In this document: positions 56,726 to 64,000 of the stretch, piece after piece
Position numbering within the stretch: the first letter of the stretch is position 1
Layout of the letters: every line of letters begins with the position of its first letter
Assembly: GCA_040881685.1 (NCBI GenBank)
Contig: JBBECS010000002.1
Location: 105,287-169,286 of the forward strand
From: Acidimicrobiia bacterium
GTDB lineage: Bacteria > Actinomycetota > Acidimicrobiia > IMCC26256 > PALSA-555
DNA length: 64,000 nucleotides
Direction of reading: 5' to 3'
The notes under the pieces: generated by a model
Seen by the model: only the letters and a program-made list of their open reading frames with translations
Told to the model about the DNA's origin: nothing
The model's database searches: none
Program-made: the position numbers and the translations under genes

Positions 56726-57580
56726 ATGGCGGTGAAGCAGGTCGGACTCGTCGGGTCCGGGATCATGGGCTCGGGCGTTGCCGAGGTCGTCGCCAAGGCC
56801 GGCCTCGACGTCGTGCTGCGCAGCCGGGCCGAGTCGAGCGCTGAGGCGATGATCGCCTCACTCGAGAAGTCGCTTGCCAAGCAGGTCGAGAAGGGCAGGC
56901 TCGACGCCGCCGACAGCACAGCGATTCGTGGGCGCGTGCGCGCCGTTACCGACCTCCAGGAGCTCGCACCTTGCGACCTCGTCCTCGAATCGGTGGTCGA
57001 GGACCTGACGGTCAAGAAGCAGCTCTTCACCGACCTCGACGAGATCTGTGCACAAGCCGAGATCCTCGCCACGAACACTTCCACGCTGTCCATCGGTGAC
57101 ATCGCGGCAACGACGAAGCGTCCAGAGCGGGTGTGCGGCATCCACTTCTTCAACCCCGCGCCCGTCATGCCACTCGTGGAGGTTGTGCGCGCCGAGAGCA
57201 CCTCGTCAACGACGATCACGACGGCCCGCACGTTCGCGGAGGCATGCGGCAAGACCGTGGTCGATGTGGTCGACCGCGCGGGGTTCATCGTGAACTCATT
57301 GCTGTTCCCCTATCTCAACAACGCGGTGAAAGCGCTCGACTCGGGCCTCGCCACACGCGACGACATCGACGCCGCAATGAAGGGTGGATGCAACTTCCCC
57401 ATGGGGCCACTCGAGCTGCTCGACCTCGTCGGCCTCGACACGAGCCTCTCGATCCTCGAAGCCCTGCACGCCGAGTACCAGGATCCCAACTACGTCCCCG
57501 CGCCGATGCTCGAGCAGATGGTCAGCGAAGGACGCCTGGGCCGCAAGTCCGGCCAGGGCTTCTACGACTACTCGAAGTAG
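56726..57580 (+). CDS. hbd: 3-hydroxybutyryl-CoA dehydrogenase
   Basis: Start at MAVKQVGLVGSGIMGSGVAEV (ATG 56726). HFFNPAPVMPLVEV and GFIVNSLLFPYLN. Confidence 0.92.
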   Translation: MAVKQVGLVGSGIMGSGVAEVVAKAGLDVVLRSRAESSAEAMIASLEKSLAKQVEKGRLDAADSTAIRGRVRAVTDLQELAPCDLVLESVVEDLTVKKQLFTDLDEICAQAEILATNTSTLSIGDIAATTKRPERVCGIHFFNPAPVMPLVEVVRAESTSSTTITTARTFAEACGKTVVDVVDRAGFIVNSLLFPYLNNAVKALDSGLATRDDIDAAMKGGCNFPMGPLELLDLVGLDTSLSILEALHAEYQDPNYVPAPMLEQMVSEGRLGRKSGQGFYDYSK

Positions 57581-57664
57581 CCCGAGACAAGCGCGCTCGG
57601 CTCCTACGATCACGCGGGGCAGCGGGGCGCCGGCCGCGCACCGGCGTGATGTGGGGGGTGCCAC

Positions 57665-58752
57665 ATGAGGCGACGCCAGAAAGCAGCACTGCTCCTGATC
57701 GCGACGACGATCGGGCTCGGCACGAGCGCACTCGCGTCTTCATCAGTCGCCGGCGCGCAAGGGGACGATGAGTGGGCGCTGCTCAACGACACGCCGGCGT
57801 ACTCGTTCGGGTCCGGTGGCGCGCCCGTCCGCAACGCTCCGCTCGCCATCGCTGTGTTGCGCGGATCCAAGACCGGATCCGGGCTCGAGCTCGACATCAC
57901 GAACGTCGCGAGCTTCGTGCCGACGGGCACCGCGATCTCGGCCCGCATCGGCTTCTACTCCGCGCCCACTCGGCGGCCGATGATCTACGGCGGCTTCGAG
58001 TTTCCCTCTCCGGCGACGGCGCCGTCGAAGGCACGCTCGTCGAGCGCGAGTCCGAGGGGACGACCACGAGCGCCGAGGTCTGGGGACCGGCCGACGAGGA
58101 CTTCGGCGAGATCACCGGTAGGTACGCGTCCGACGGCGCAGGCTTCAGGATCAGCGCCACTGGTGCGTACCGCAAGTTGCTGCGCGATCCGCTGACCACC
58201 GTCGGTTTCGACCTCTGGACGGGTGACGCAGGGACGACGGTGCAGCCGAGCGCGCGCGTCTCGATCGGCGATCTCACTGGCGTCAAGCCGGGATTGCTCC
58301 CGTTGCAAGGCACCAGCGTCGCGGCAGACGGGACCCCTCAGCCTTGGATCACCGGACCGGTGGCCAAGGACTTCTACAAATGGCGGGTGAGCGTCACCAC
58401 CGAAGCAGAGAACCCGCAGCTGGTGAACATCGACATCGGGAAGTACTCCGAGAGTGCCAGCCAGATCCGGCTGTTCGTCGCGAACCAGTTCAACGCGCTT
58501 CCAGCCGGATCGAGCTTCCCCCCGTACGACCTCGTCTTGTTCGGACCTGATGACACAAGTGTCCGGGCGCGCAGCGGCGACGCGTTCGCGTCGTCCGAGA
58601 TCGGGGCGGTCGAGATCAAGCGCGGCGGCAAGGGCAAGTTCACGCTCGAGCTCGACGACCAGCTGCATGCCGGATTCGCTGCAGCGCAGGTCGTTGTGCA
58701 GGGGCAGGACAACGCGGTGCTCCTCGCGACCGGCTTCCAGGTCAAGTTCTGA
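57665..58752 (+). pseudogene. Secreted protein gene interrupted by a 1-nt frameshift near 58001-58006
   Basis: Signal peptide MRRRQKAALLLIATTIGLGTSALASSSVAGA and good coding in frame 57665 run up to ..IYGGFEF. Good coding then continues in the 57772 frame from SLSGDGAVEGTLVERESEG.. to 58752. The junction lies in a TTTCCC run. Confidence 0.6.
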
Positions 58753-58801
58753 GCACTCGCTCGCTCCGCCCCTCCGGTGCCGAGCGCGAGACAATGGACC
58801 C

Positions 58802-60778
58802 ATGACGGAGCGTGAGCAGCCGTGGATGATGCGGACGTACTCGGGCCACTCCTCGGCTCGGGCGTCGAACGAGCTGTACCGCACGAACCTGGCCAAGGGG
58901 CAGACCGGCCTGTCAGTGGCCTTCGACCTCCCGACGCAGACCGGCTACGACCCCGACCACATCCTCGCCCGCGGCGAGGTCGGCAAGGTCGGCGTGCCCG
59001 TCCCAAACCTCGGCGAGATGCGCACGCTCTTCGACGGGATTCCGCTCGACGAGATGAACACGTCGATGACGATCAACGCCACCGCGATGTGGCTCCTCGG
59101 CATGTACCTCGCGCTGGCCGAGGAGCAGCGGGTCGACCCGGGCGCGCTGGCCGGGACCACCCAGAACGACATCGTCAAGGAGTACTTGAGCCGCGGCACG
59201 TACATCTTCGGCCCGATCCCGTCCCGCCGGCTGACCGTCGACGTGATCTGCCACACGGTGCGCAACGTGCCGAAGTGGAACCCGATCAACGTGTGCTCGT
59301 ACCACTTGCAGGAAGCTGGCGCGACGCCGGTCCAGGAGATCGCGTACGCGCTCGCCACCGCTGTTGGCGTGCTGGACGCGGTGCGCGAGTCCGGTCAGAT
59401 CCCCGCCGACGAGATGCCCGAGGTCGTCGGCCGAATCTCCTTCTTCGTGAACTCGGGCATCCGCTTCGTCGAAGAGACGTGCAAGGTGCGCGCGTTCTCG
59501 CGGCTCTGGGAGCACCTCGTTGCCGAGCGCTATGGCGTGACGGACGAGAAGCTGCGGCGGTTCCGCTACGGCGTGCAGGTGAACTCCCTCGGACTCACCG
59601 AGAAGCAGCCGGAGAACAACGTGCAGCGCATCGTGCTGGAGACGCTGGGCGTCACGCTCTCGAAGGACGCGCGGGCGCGAGCCATCCAGCTGCCCACGTG
59701 GAACGAGGCGCTGGGTCTGCCGCGCCCCTGGGATCAGCAGTGGTCGCTGCGCATCCAGCAGGTGCTCGCGTTCGAGACCGACCTGCTCGAGTACGGCGAC
59801 ATCTTCGACGGATCGAAGGTGATCGAGGCCAAGACCACCGAGCTTGCCGGCGCCGCGGAGGCGGAGCTGGCGTGGGTGCTCGACGGCGGCGGCGCGTTCG
59901 AGATGACCGAGGCCATGAAGGGCCGCCTCGTGCAGAGCCACGCCGAGCGCGTGCGCAAGATCGAGTCGGGCGAGCTCGAGGTCATCGGCGTCAACTGCTT
60001 CCAGGAGACGGCGGCATCGCCACTCGTGACCGAGGACGCCGAGCACATCCTCGTGGTCGACCCTGCCGCCGAGGCCGAGCAGATCGAACGGCTCGAGCAG
60101 TGGCGGCGTGATCGTGACGGCGACGCCGTCGCCAAGGCGATGGACCGCCTGCGGGAGACCGCGGCGACCGACGAGAACCTGATGCCGGCAACGATGGAGC
60201 TCGCCCGCGCCGGCGGGACGGTCGGTGAGTGGTCCGACGCGCTGCGGGCGGAGTTCGGCGAGTACCGCGCGCCTACGGGCATCGGTGGGGTCGCCGTCGC
60301 GCCGAGCGACGCGCTCGTCGTCGTGCGCACGCGCGCGCAGCAGGCCGCGAAGGAACTCGGTGGTCCGCTTCGGATGCTCGTGGGCAAGCCCGGCCTCGAC
60401 GGTCACTCCAACGGTGCGGAGCAGATCGCGGTGGCTGCGCGCGACGCGGGCTTCGAGGTCGTGTACCAGGGCATCCGGCTCACCCCGGCGCAGATCGCCG
60501 CGGCCGCGCGCGACGAAGATGTGGATGTCGTCGGCCTGTCGATCCTCTCCGGCTCGCACCTCGAGCTCGTGCCCGAGACCGTGCGGCTGATCCGTGAGGC
60601 GGGTTCCGACGCGCCGGTGGTCGTGGGCGGGATCATCCCCGACGCGGATCGACCGACCCTCGAACGGGCGGGCGTGGCGGCCGTCTACACGCCGAAGGAC
60701 TACAAGACCTCGGCGATCATCGCCGACATCGTCGAGCTCGCCATCGAGCATCGGAAACGCTTGGCCCGGACGGCCTGA
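58802..60778 (+). CDS. meaA: Fused acyl-CoA mutase (substrate domain plus B12-binding domain), MeaA/ethylmalonyl-CoA mutase-like
   Basis: Start at MTEREQPWMMRTYSGHSS (ATG 58802), 658 aa. C-terminal LVGKPGLDGHSNGAEQIA (DxHxxG cobalamin motif). Family assignment is firm; the substrate is inferred. Confidence 0.85.
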   Translation: MTEREQPWMMRTYSGHSSARASNELYRTNLAKGQTGLSVAFDLPTQTGYDPDHILARGEVGKVGVPVPNLGEMRTLFDGIPLDEMNTSMTINATAMWLLGMYLALAEEQRVDPGALAGTTQNDIVKEYLSRGTYIFGPIPSRRLTVDVICHTVRNVPKWNPINVCSYHLQEAGATPVQEIAYALATAVGVLDAVRESGQIPADEMPEVVGRISFFVNSGIRFVEETCKVRAFSRLWEHLVAERYGVTDEKLRRFRYGVQVNSLGLTEKQPENNVQRIVLETLGVTLSKDARARAIQLPTWNEALGLPRPWDQQWSLRIQQVLAFETDLLEYGDIFDGSKVIEAKTTELAGAAEAELAWVLDGGGAFEMTEAMKGRLVQSHAERVRKIESGELEVIGVNCFQETAASPLVTEDAEHILVVDPAAEAEQIERLEQWRRDRDGDAVAKAMDRLRETAATDENLMPATMELARAGGTVGEWSDALRAEFGEYRAPTGIGGVAVAPSDALVVVRTRAQQAAKELGGPLRMLVGKPGLDGHSNGAEQIAVAARDAGFEVVYQGIRLTPAQIAAAARDEDVDVVGLSILSGSHLELVPETVRLIREAGSDAPVVVGGIIPDADRPTLERAGVAAVYTPKDYKTSAIIADIVELAIEHRKRLARTA

Positions 60779-60926
60779 CGTTCGGCCGGTCTGCCCCGTT
60801 GAGCCGATTTCGACGTTTTCGCAGGTCGGAGGCCTGTTTTCGACTGTCACACCCGCCCAGCCCCAGTCACCAGCTCGAAACTTCCCCACCAGCACCTTGA
60901 CAACTTCATAGGTAATCGTGGGGACG

Positions 60927-60955
60927 GTGAAACCGTTTGCCCCGCGCGAGCGTCT
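60927..60955 (+). promoter_or_regulatory. Candidate ECF-type promoter GTGAAAC-N17-CGTCT
   Basis: gGTGAAACcgtttgccccgcgcgagCGTCTttgtcGTGGTG. If real, the transcript starts at or next to GTG 60961/60964 (leaderless or nearly so). Confidence 0.3.
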
Positions 60956-60960
60956 TTGTC

Positions 60961-61494
60961 GTGGTGACACGAACGCCTGAGCTCACCGGCTTCTGCCGGG
61001 AGGCCTGGCCGCGCCTGGTCGGCGCGCTCAGCCTCTACACGGGCGATCGCCACGTTGCCGAAGAGCTGTCCCAGGAGGCGCTCGTGCGGGTGTGCGAACG
61101 GTGGACGGAGGTGCGGGCGATGGAATCGCCGATGGGCTGGGCCCATCGGGTCGGGTTCAACCTCGCCAGCTCGCACTACCGCCGCCGCGGGGCTGAACGA
61201 CGGGCGCGCCAGCGCCTCGGCGCAGTGGTCGACGTGACCGCGCCACCAGTGGAGGCCGCCGATGCGCTCGCGCTGAGAAACGCGGTGGCCGCGCTCCCGG
61301 AGTCACAGCGTCGGGCTCTCGTGCTCCGGTACTACGTCGATCTGCCGGTGGCCGACGTCGCGCTGCTCATGGACTGCCCCGAGAACACGGTGAAGACGCA
61401 TACCCGGCGGGCGATCGAGAGCCTTCGTGGCGCGGGGCTCACGACGGACGACGAGCTACGGACCGAATCGAAGGAGATGCACGGTGGCGAATGA
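60961..61494 (+). CDS. ECF (SigE-family) RNA polymerase sigma factor
   Basis: Region 2 (AEELSQEALVRVCERW..WAHRVGFNLA) and region 4 (LPESQRRALVLRYYVDLPVADVALLMDCPENTVKTHTRRA). The track start at TTG 60937 lies inside the putative promoter. Confidence 0.85.
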   Translation: MVTRTPELTGFCREAWPRLVGALSLYTGDRHVAEELSQEALVRVCERWTEVRAMESPMGWAHRVGFNLASSHYRRRGAERRARQRLGAVVDVTAPPVEAADALALRNAVAALPESQRRALVLRYYVDLPVADVALLMDCPENTVKTHTRRAIESLRGAGLTTDDELRTESKEMHGGE

Positions 61495-62596
61495 CGTGAA
61501 CGAGACCCTGCGCGCGGCGGCCGCGTCGCCGACACGCGACGCGCCCCTCTCTCTGATCGAAGCCCGACTGCGCCGGCGCCGCCACGTGCGTCGCGGTGCC
61601 GCGGGGGTGTGCGCACTGGCGCTCATCGCCGCACTCGGTGGCGGTGTCGCATTGAGCGTCGACAGTGGACCGCGCATCGAGACGGTGACCCCCGCCGCGT
61701 CTCCGGGCGTCAGCGCCGGGGACCCGCCGGTCTCCGTGGACCTTCCGGACGGATGGGTCGAGAGTCCGATCGAGCCCGGCATGCGGTTCGACGGCGAGAT
61801 CCTTGCCGTGGGCACCACGCTGCAGCCGGCTGGCGTTCCACACTCGGCCTGCTTCGAAGACGAGATGTACAACGACGACGTCGTCGTCGTGCTCCGAGAG
61901 ACCACCCATGTCACCGTTCTCGAGAAGGAGCTCGCGGCGACACAGCGGCTCACGACCGAGGCGTACGGGCAGTATCCACTTCGCCCCGACAACTTCGCCA
62001 CGGCGGAGAGTGCGGTCTCGACGTGCCTCGCCATCGGCACCGACGTGCCGTGGGAGATCCACCGCTACACGTTCTCGGATCAGGGTCGTGTCTTCATCGC
62101 CGATGTCGGCTTCGGGCCGACGTCGACACCCGAGGCTCGGGCCGAGGCGTTCGCGGTCCTGAACAGCCTGGTGGTGGAGCCGTGGTTGGAGGAGCCACCG
62201 GTGCCGGTCACGACCGTGCCGCCGTCGACGGTTCCGGCGTCGGCCGACACCCAGGCGATCGAGGCTGCGTTCGAGACGTGGGTCGCGGCGGGGCCACCCG
62301 ACTTCGACGGTGCCGAAGCGGTGATCGAGGACTTCGCATCGATCAAGGCGACGGCACAGGAAGCTGCGGACCTTGTGGGGAATCCGCAGTGCTACACGGG
62401 ACGCGTGGACGCCATCACGCGCATCGACGAGGACGATGCCGATGTCATCTTCTCGTTCTTCTGCGACGGGCTCCCGGCGGTACCGACCAATCAGCCCGGC
62501 CGAGCGGTGAAGATCGACGGTGTCTGGATGGTCAGTCGCGACACGGTGTGCGCGACGTTCGCGATCGGGCAAGCACGTTGTCCACCCCGCGAATGA
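61484..62596 (+). CDS. Membrane-anchored protein downstream of the ECF sigma (putative anti-sigma/partner)
   Basis: AAGGAG lies 8 nt upstream of GTG 61484. VANDVNETLRAAA.., TM AAGVCALALIAALGGGVAL, then an extracytoplasmic domain. Overlaps the sigma 3' end by 11 nt. Confidence 0.6.
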   Translation: MANDVNETLRAAAASPTRDAPLSLIEARLRRRRHVRRGAAGVCALALIAALGGGVALSVDSGPRIETVTPAASPGVSAGDPPVSVDLPDGWVESPIEPGMRFDGEILAVGTTLQPAGVPHSACFEDEMYNDDVVVVLRETTHVTVLEKELAATQRLTTEAYGQYPLRPDNFATAESAVSTCLAIGTDVPWEIHRYTFSDQGRVFIADVGFGPTSTPEARAEAFAVLNSLVVEPWLEEPPVPVTTVPPSTVPASADTQAIEAAFETWVAAGPPDFDGAEAVIEDFASIKATAQEAADLVGNPQCYTGRVDAITRIDEDDADVIFSFFCDGLPAVPTNQPGRAVKIDGVWMVSRDTVCATFAIGQARCPPRE

Positions 62597-62600
62597 ATCA

Positions 62601-64000
62601 CTAGCGCGCGTACATCGCCTCGATCTCGTCGGTGTACTTGGTGTTCACGCCGCGGCGCTTGAGCTTCATGGTCGGCGTGAGCTCCTCGGAGTCGGCGAGC
62701 CACTCGGCGCCGAGGACCGTGTACTTCTTGATGCGCTCGACGTTCGAGAAGCGCTTGTTGGCCTCGGCCACGTTGCGCTCGACCTCCTCGAGCACCACCG
62801 GGTCAAGCGCGAGCTCGGCAAGCGACGTCGCCTTGACACCTTGCTTGGCCGCCCACGCCGGGGCCACGTCGGGGTCGAGTACGACCAGCGCCGAGACGAA
62901 CGGGCGGTTGTCGCCGATCACCGCGGCCTGACCGATCAGCGGGAACGACTTGAGCGCCGATTCCAGGTTGGCCGGCGAGATGTTCTTGCCGCCCGCGGTG
63001 ATGATCAGCTCCTTCTTACGGTCGACGATCTTGAGGTACTGGTCGTCGTCGAACACACCGATGTCGCCGGTGTGGAGCCAGCCGTCGTCGTCGAGCGCTT
63101 CGGCCGTTCGCTCGGCATCGTTGAGGTAGCCGCGGAAGATGTTGCCGCCCCGGGCGAGCACCTCGCCGTCGTCGGCCAGCCGAACCTCGCAACCGGGGAT
63201 CGGCGGGCCCACGGTGCCCACCTTCACGCGGAAGGGGGTCCACGTCATCGGGCCGGAGGTCTCCGAGAGCCCGTAGATCTCCGACATCTCCAGGCCCAGC
63301 GCGCGGAAGAACTTCAGCACCTCGACGGGGAGCGGCGCCGCGCCGCTGATCGCCGCCTTGATCTGGTCGAGACCCAGCAGGCCGAGCACGAAGTCGCCCA
63401 CCGGCTTGGCCTTCTCGTTGTATTCGGCGGCCAGGTCAGCGGGGAGTGCCTCGCCGCGCGCCCGGTACTCCGACTCCTGCTCACCGACCGGGAGCGCAGC
63501 GTCGAGCATCGCTTGTTGGTTGGCGTCGGCACCCGCGAGCGCGAGCACGCCGGCGTGGATCTTCTCCCACACGCGCGGCACGGCGAACATGATCTCGGGC
63601 TTCACCTGGGGGAGGTAGGACGCGACCTGTGACGGCTCCGGGCAGGTCGTCACCTCGAACACACCGACGATCCCCTGGTAGTGCGACACCATGCGCTCCG
63701 CGATGTGCGCCATCGGCAGGTACGACACCATCCGGCTGAAGTACGGCACGGCCTCCCAGCAGCCCAGCAGGCTCTCGACGGTCCAGACGACGTTCGCGTG
63801 GTCGAGCATCACACCCTTCGGCGGACCGGTCGTCCCCGACGTGTAGATGATGGTTGCGAGGTCGTCGGGTTCGGCGACGCTCGCGGCGGCGTCGAGGTCG
63901 ATCGGGTCGCGTTGCAACAGGTCGTGCCAATGGAGCACGTTACCGGGGGCGCGCCCGTCGTCCTCGATGATCACGACCGCGCCGAGCGCGGGCAGCTCGT
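62601..64000 (-). CDS. fadD: Long-chain acyl-CoA synthetase (AMP-binding), 5' end beyond the window
   Basis: IIYTSGTTGPPKGVML, GYGLSETSG-like IYGLSETSG, TGDIGVFDDDQYLKIVDRKKELI. The frame stays open to base 64000. Confidence 0.9.
   Translation of the reverse strand, partial: ELPALGAVVIIEDDGRAPGNVLHWHDLLQRDPIDLDAAASVAEPDDLATIIYTSGTTGPPKGVMLDHANVVWTVESLLGCWEAVPYFSRMVSYLPMAHIAERMVSHYQGIVGVFEVTTCPEPSQVASYLPQVKPEIMFAVPRVWEKIHAGVLALAGADANQQAMLDAALPVGEQESEYRARGEALPADLAAEYNEKAKPVGDFVLGLLGLDQIKAAISGAAPLPVEVLKFFRALGLEMSEIYGLSETSGPMTWTPFRVKVGTVGPPIPGCEVRLADDGEVLARGGNIFRGYLNDAERTAEALDDDGWLHTGDIGVFDDDQYLKIVDRKKELIITAGGKNISPANLESALKSFPLIGQAAVIGDNRPFVSALVVLDPDVAPAWAAKQGVKATSLAELALDPVVLEEVERNVAEANKRFSNVERIKKYTVLGAEWLADSEELTPTMKLKRRGVNTKYTDEIEAMYAR

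Noticed and set aside
58454-58801. 116-aa upstream extension of the mutase ORF
   Set aside because: It overlaps the end of the preceding gene, is S/R-rich, and the family N-terminus (..EQPWMMRTYSGHS) begins right after ATG 58802.

Overview
This is a high-GC (roughly 70%) actinobacterial chromosomal segment, densely packed with core genes and with many translationally coupled starts (ATGA/GTGA overlaps).

Gene content in order:
- MFS transporter (partial), topA, dedA, the H+-pyrophosphatase hppA, and an APC permease divergent from a trkA pair.
- An OB-fold protein and an LCP-family protein.
- A complete 'helicase/secretion-neighbourhood' Tad-like operon: cpaE-like, tadA, tadB, tadC, flp-like, and two tadE-like genes.
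- A HAD hydrolase, a D-cysteine desulfhydrase-family enzyme, a DUF3093/DUF2510-like protein and a rhomboid protease.
- tRNA-Sec.
- An ECF sigma factor with a beta-propeller partner, a sulfotransferase, and a sigB-like sigma factor.
- An EamA transporter.
- A nitrogen cluster: nadE, glnE, glnA, glnA2 and a GlnR-like regulator.
- A compact 2Fe-2S/molybdopterin fusion enzyme divergent from a TAT thioredoxin-like protein.
- A lysine-rich repeat protein.
- Fe-S carriers erpA and mrp/apbC flanking an ArsR-type regulator.
- An MBL hydrolase, selA-selB, a whiB4-like gene and nfeD.
- Two ArsA/Get3-like ATPases, a stand-alone receiver, tRNA-Pro, asd-ask, cyclophilin, a peptidase S51-like protein, a J-domain protein and hbd.
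- A frameshifted secreted-protein gene, a fused meaA/ecm-like B12 mutase, a second ECF sigma with its partner, and a partial fadD.

I found no transposase, integrase, prophage, CRISPR array or recognisable defence system, and I cannot point to a clear novel multi-gene system.

The observations most worth a second look:
1. An ~80-nt intergenic repeat in three same-orientation copies (plus one hairpin-only copy). Its GGGTAYCCC-centred hairpin shows compensatory stem changes and always sits just upstream of a start codon.
2. Selenocysteine machinery split between selC and selA-selB, with no selD and no selenoprotein gene visible.
3. A lysine-rich gene with perfect 72-nt tandem repeats and an internal reading-frame conflict.
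4. A 1-nt frameshift in a secreted-protein gene.
5. An A-rich, rare-codon patch flanked by direct repeats.
6. Shared ECF-type promoter motifs upstream of both ECF sigma genes.
7. A structured glnA/glnA2 control region next to a GlnR-like pseudo-receiver regulator.
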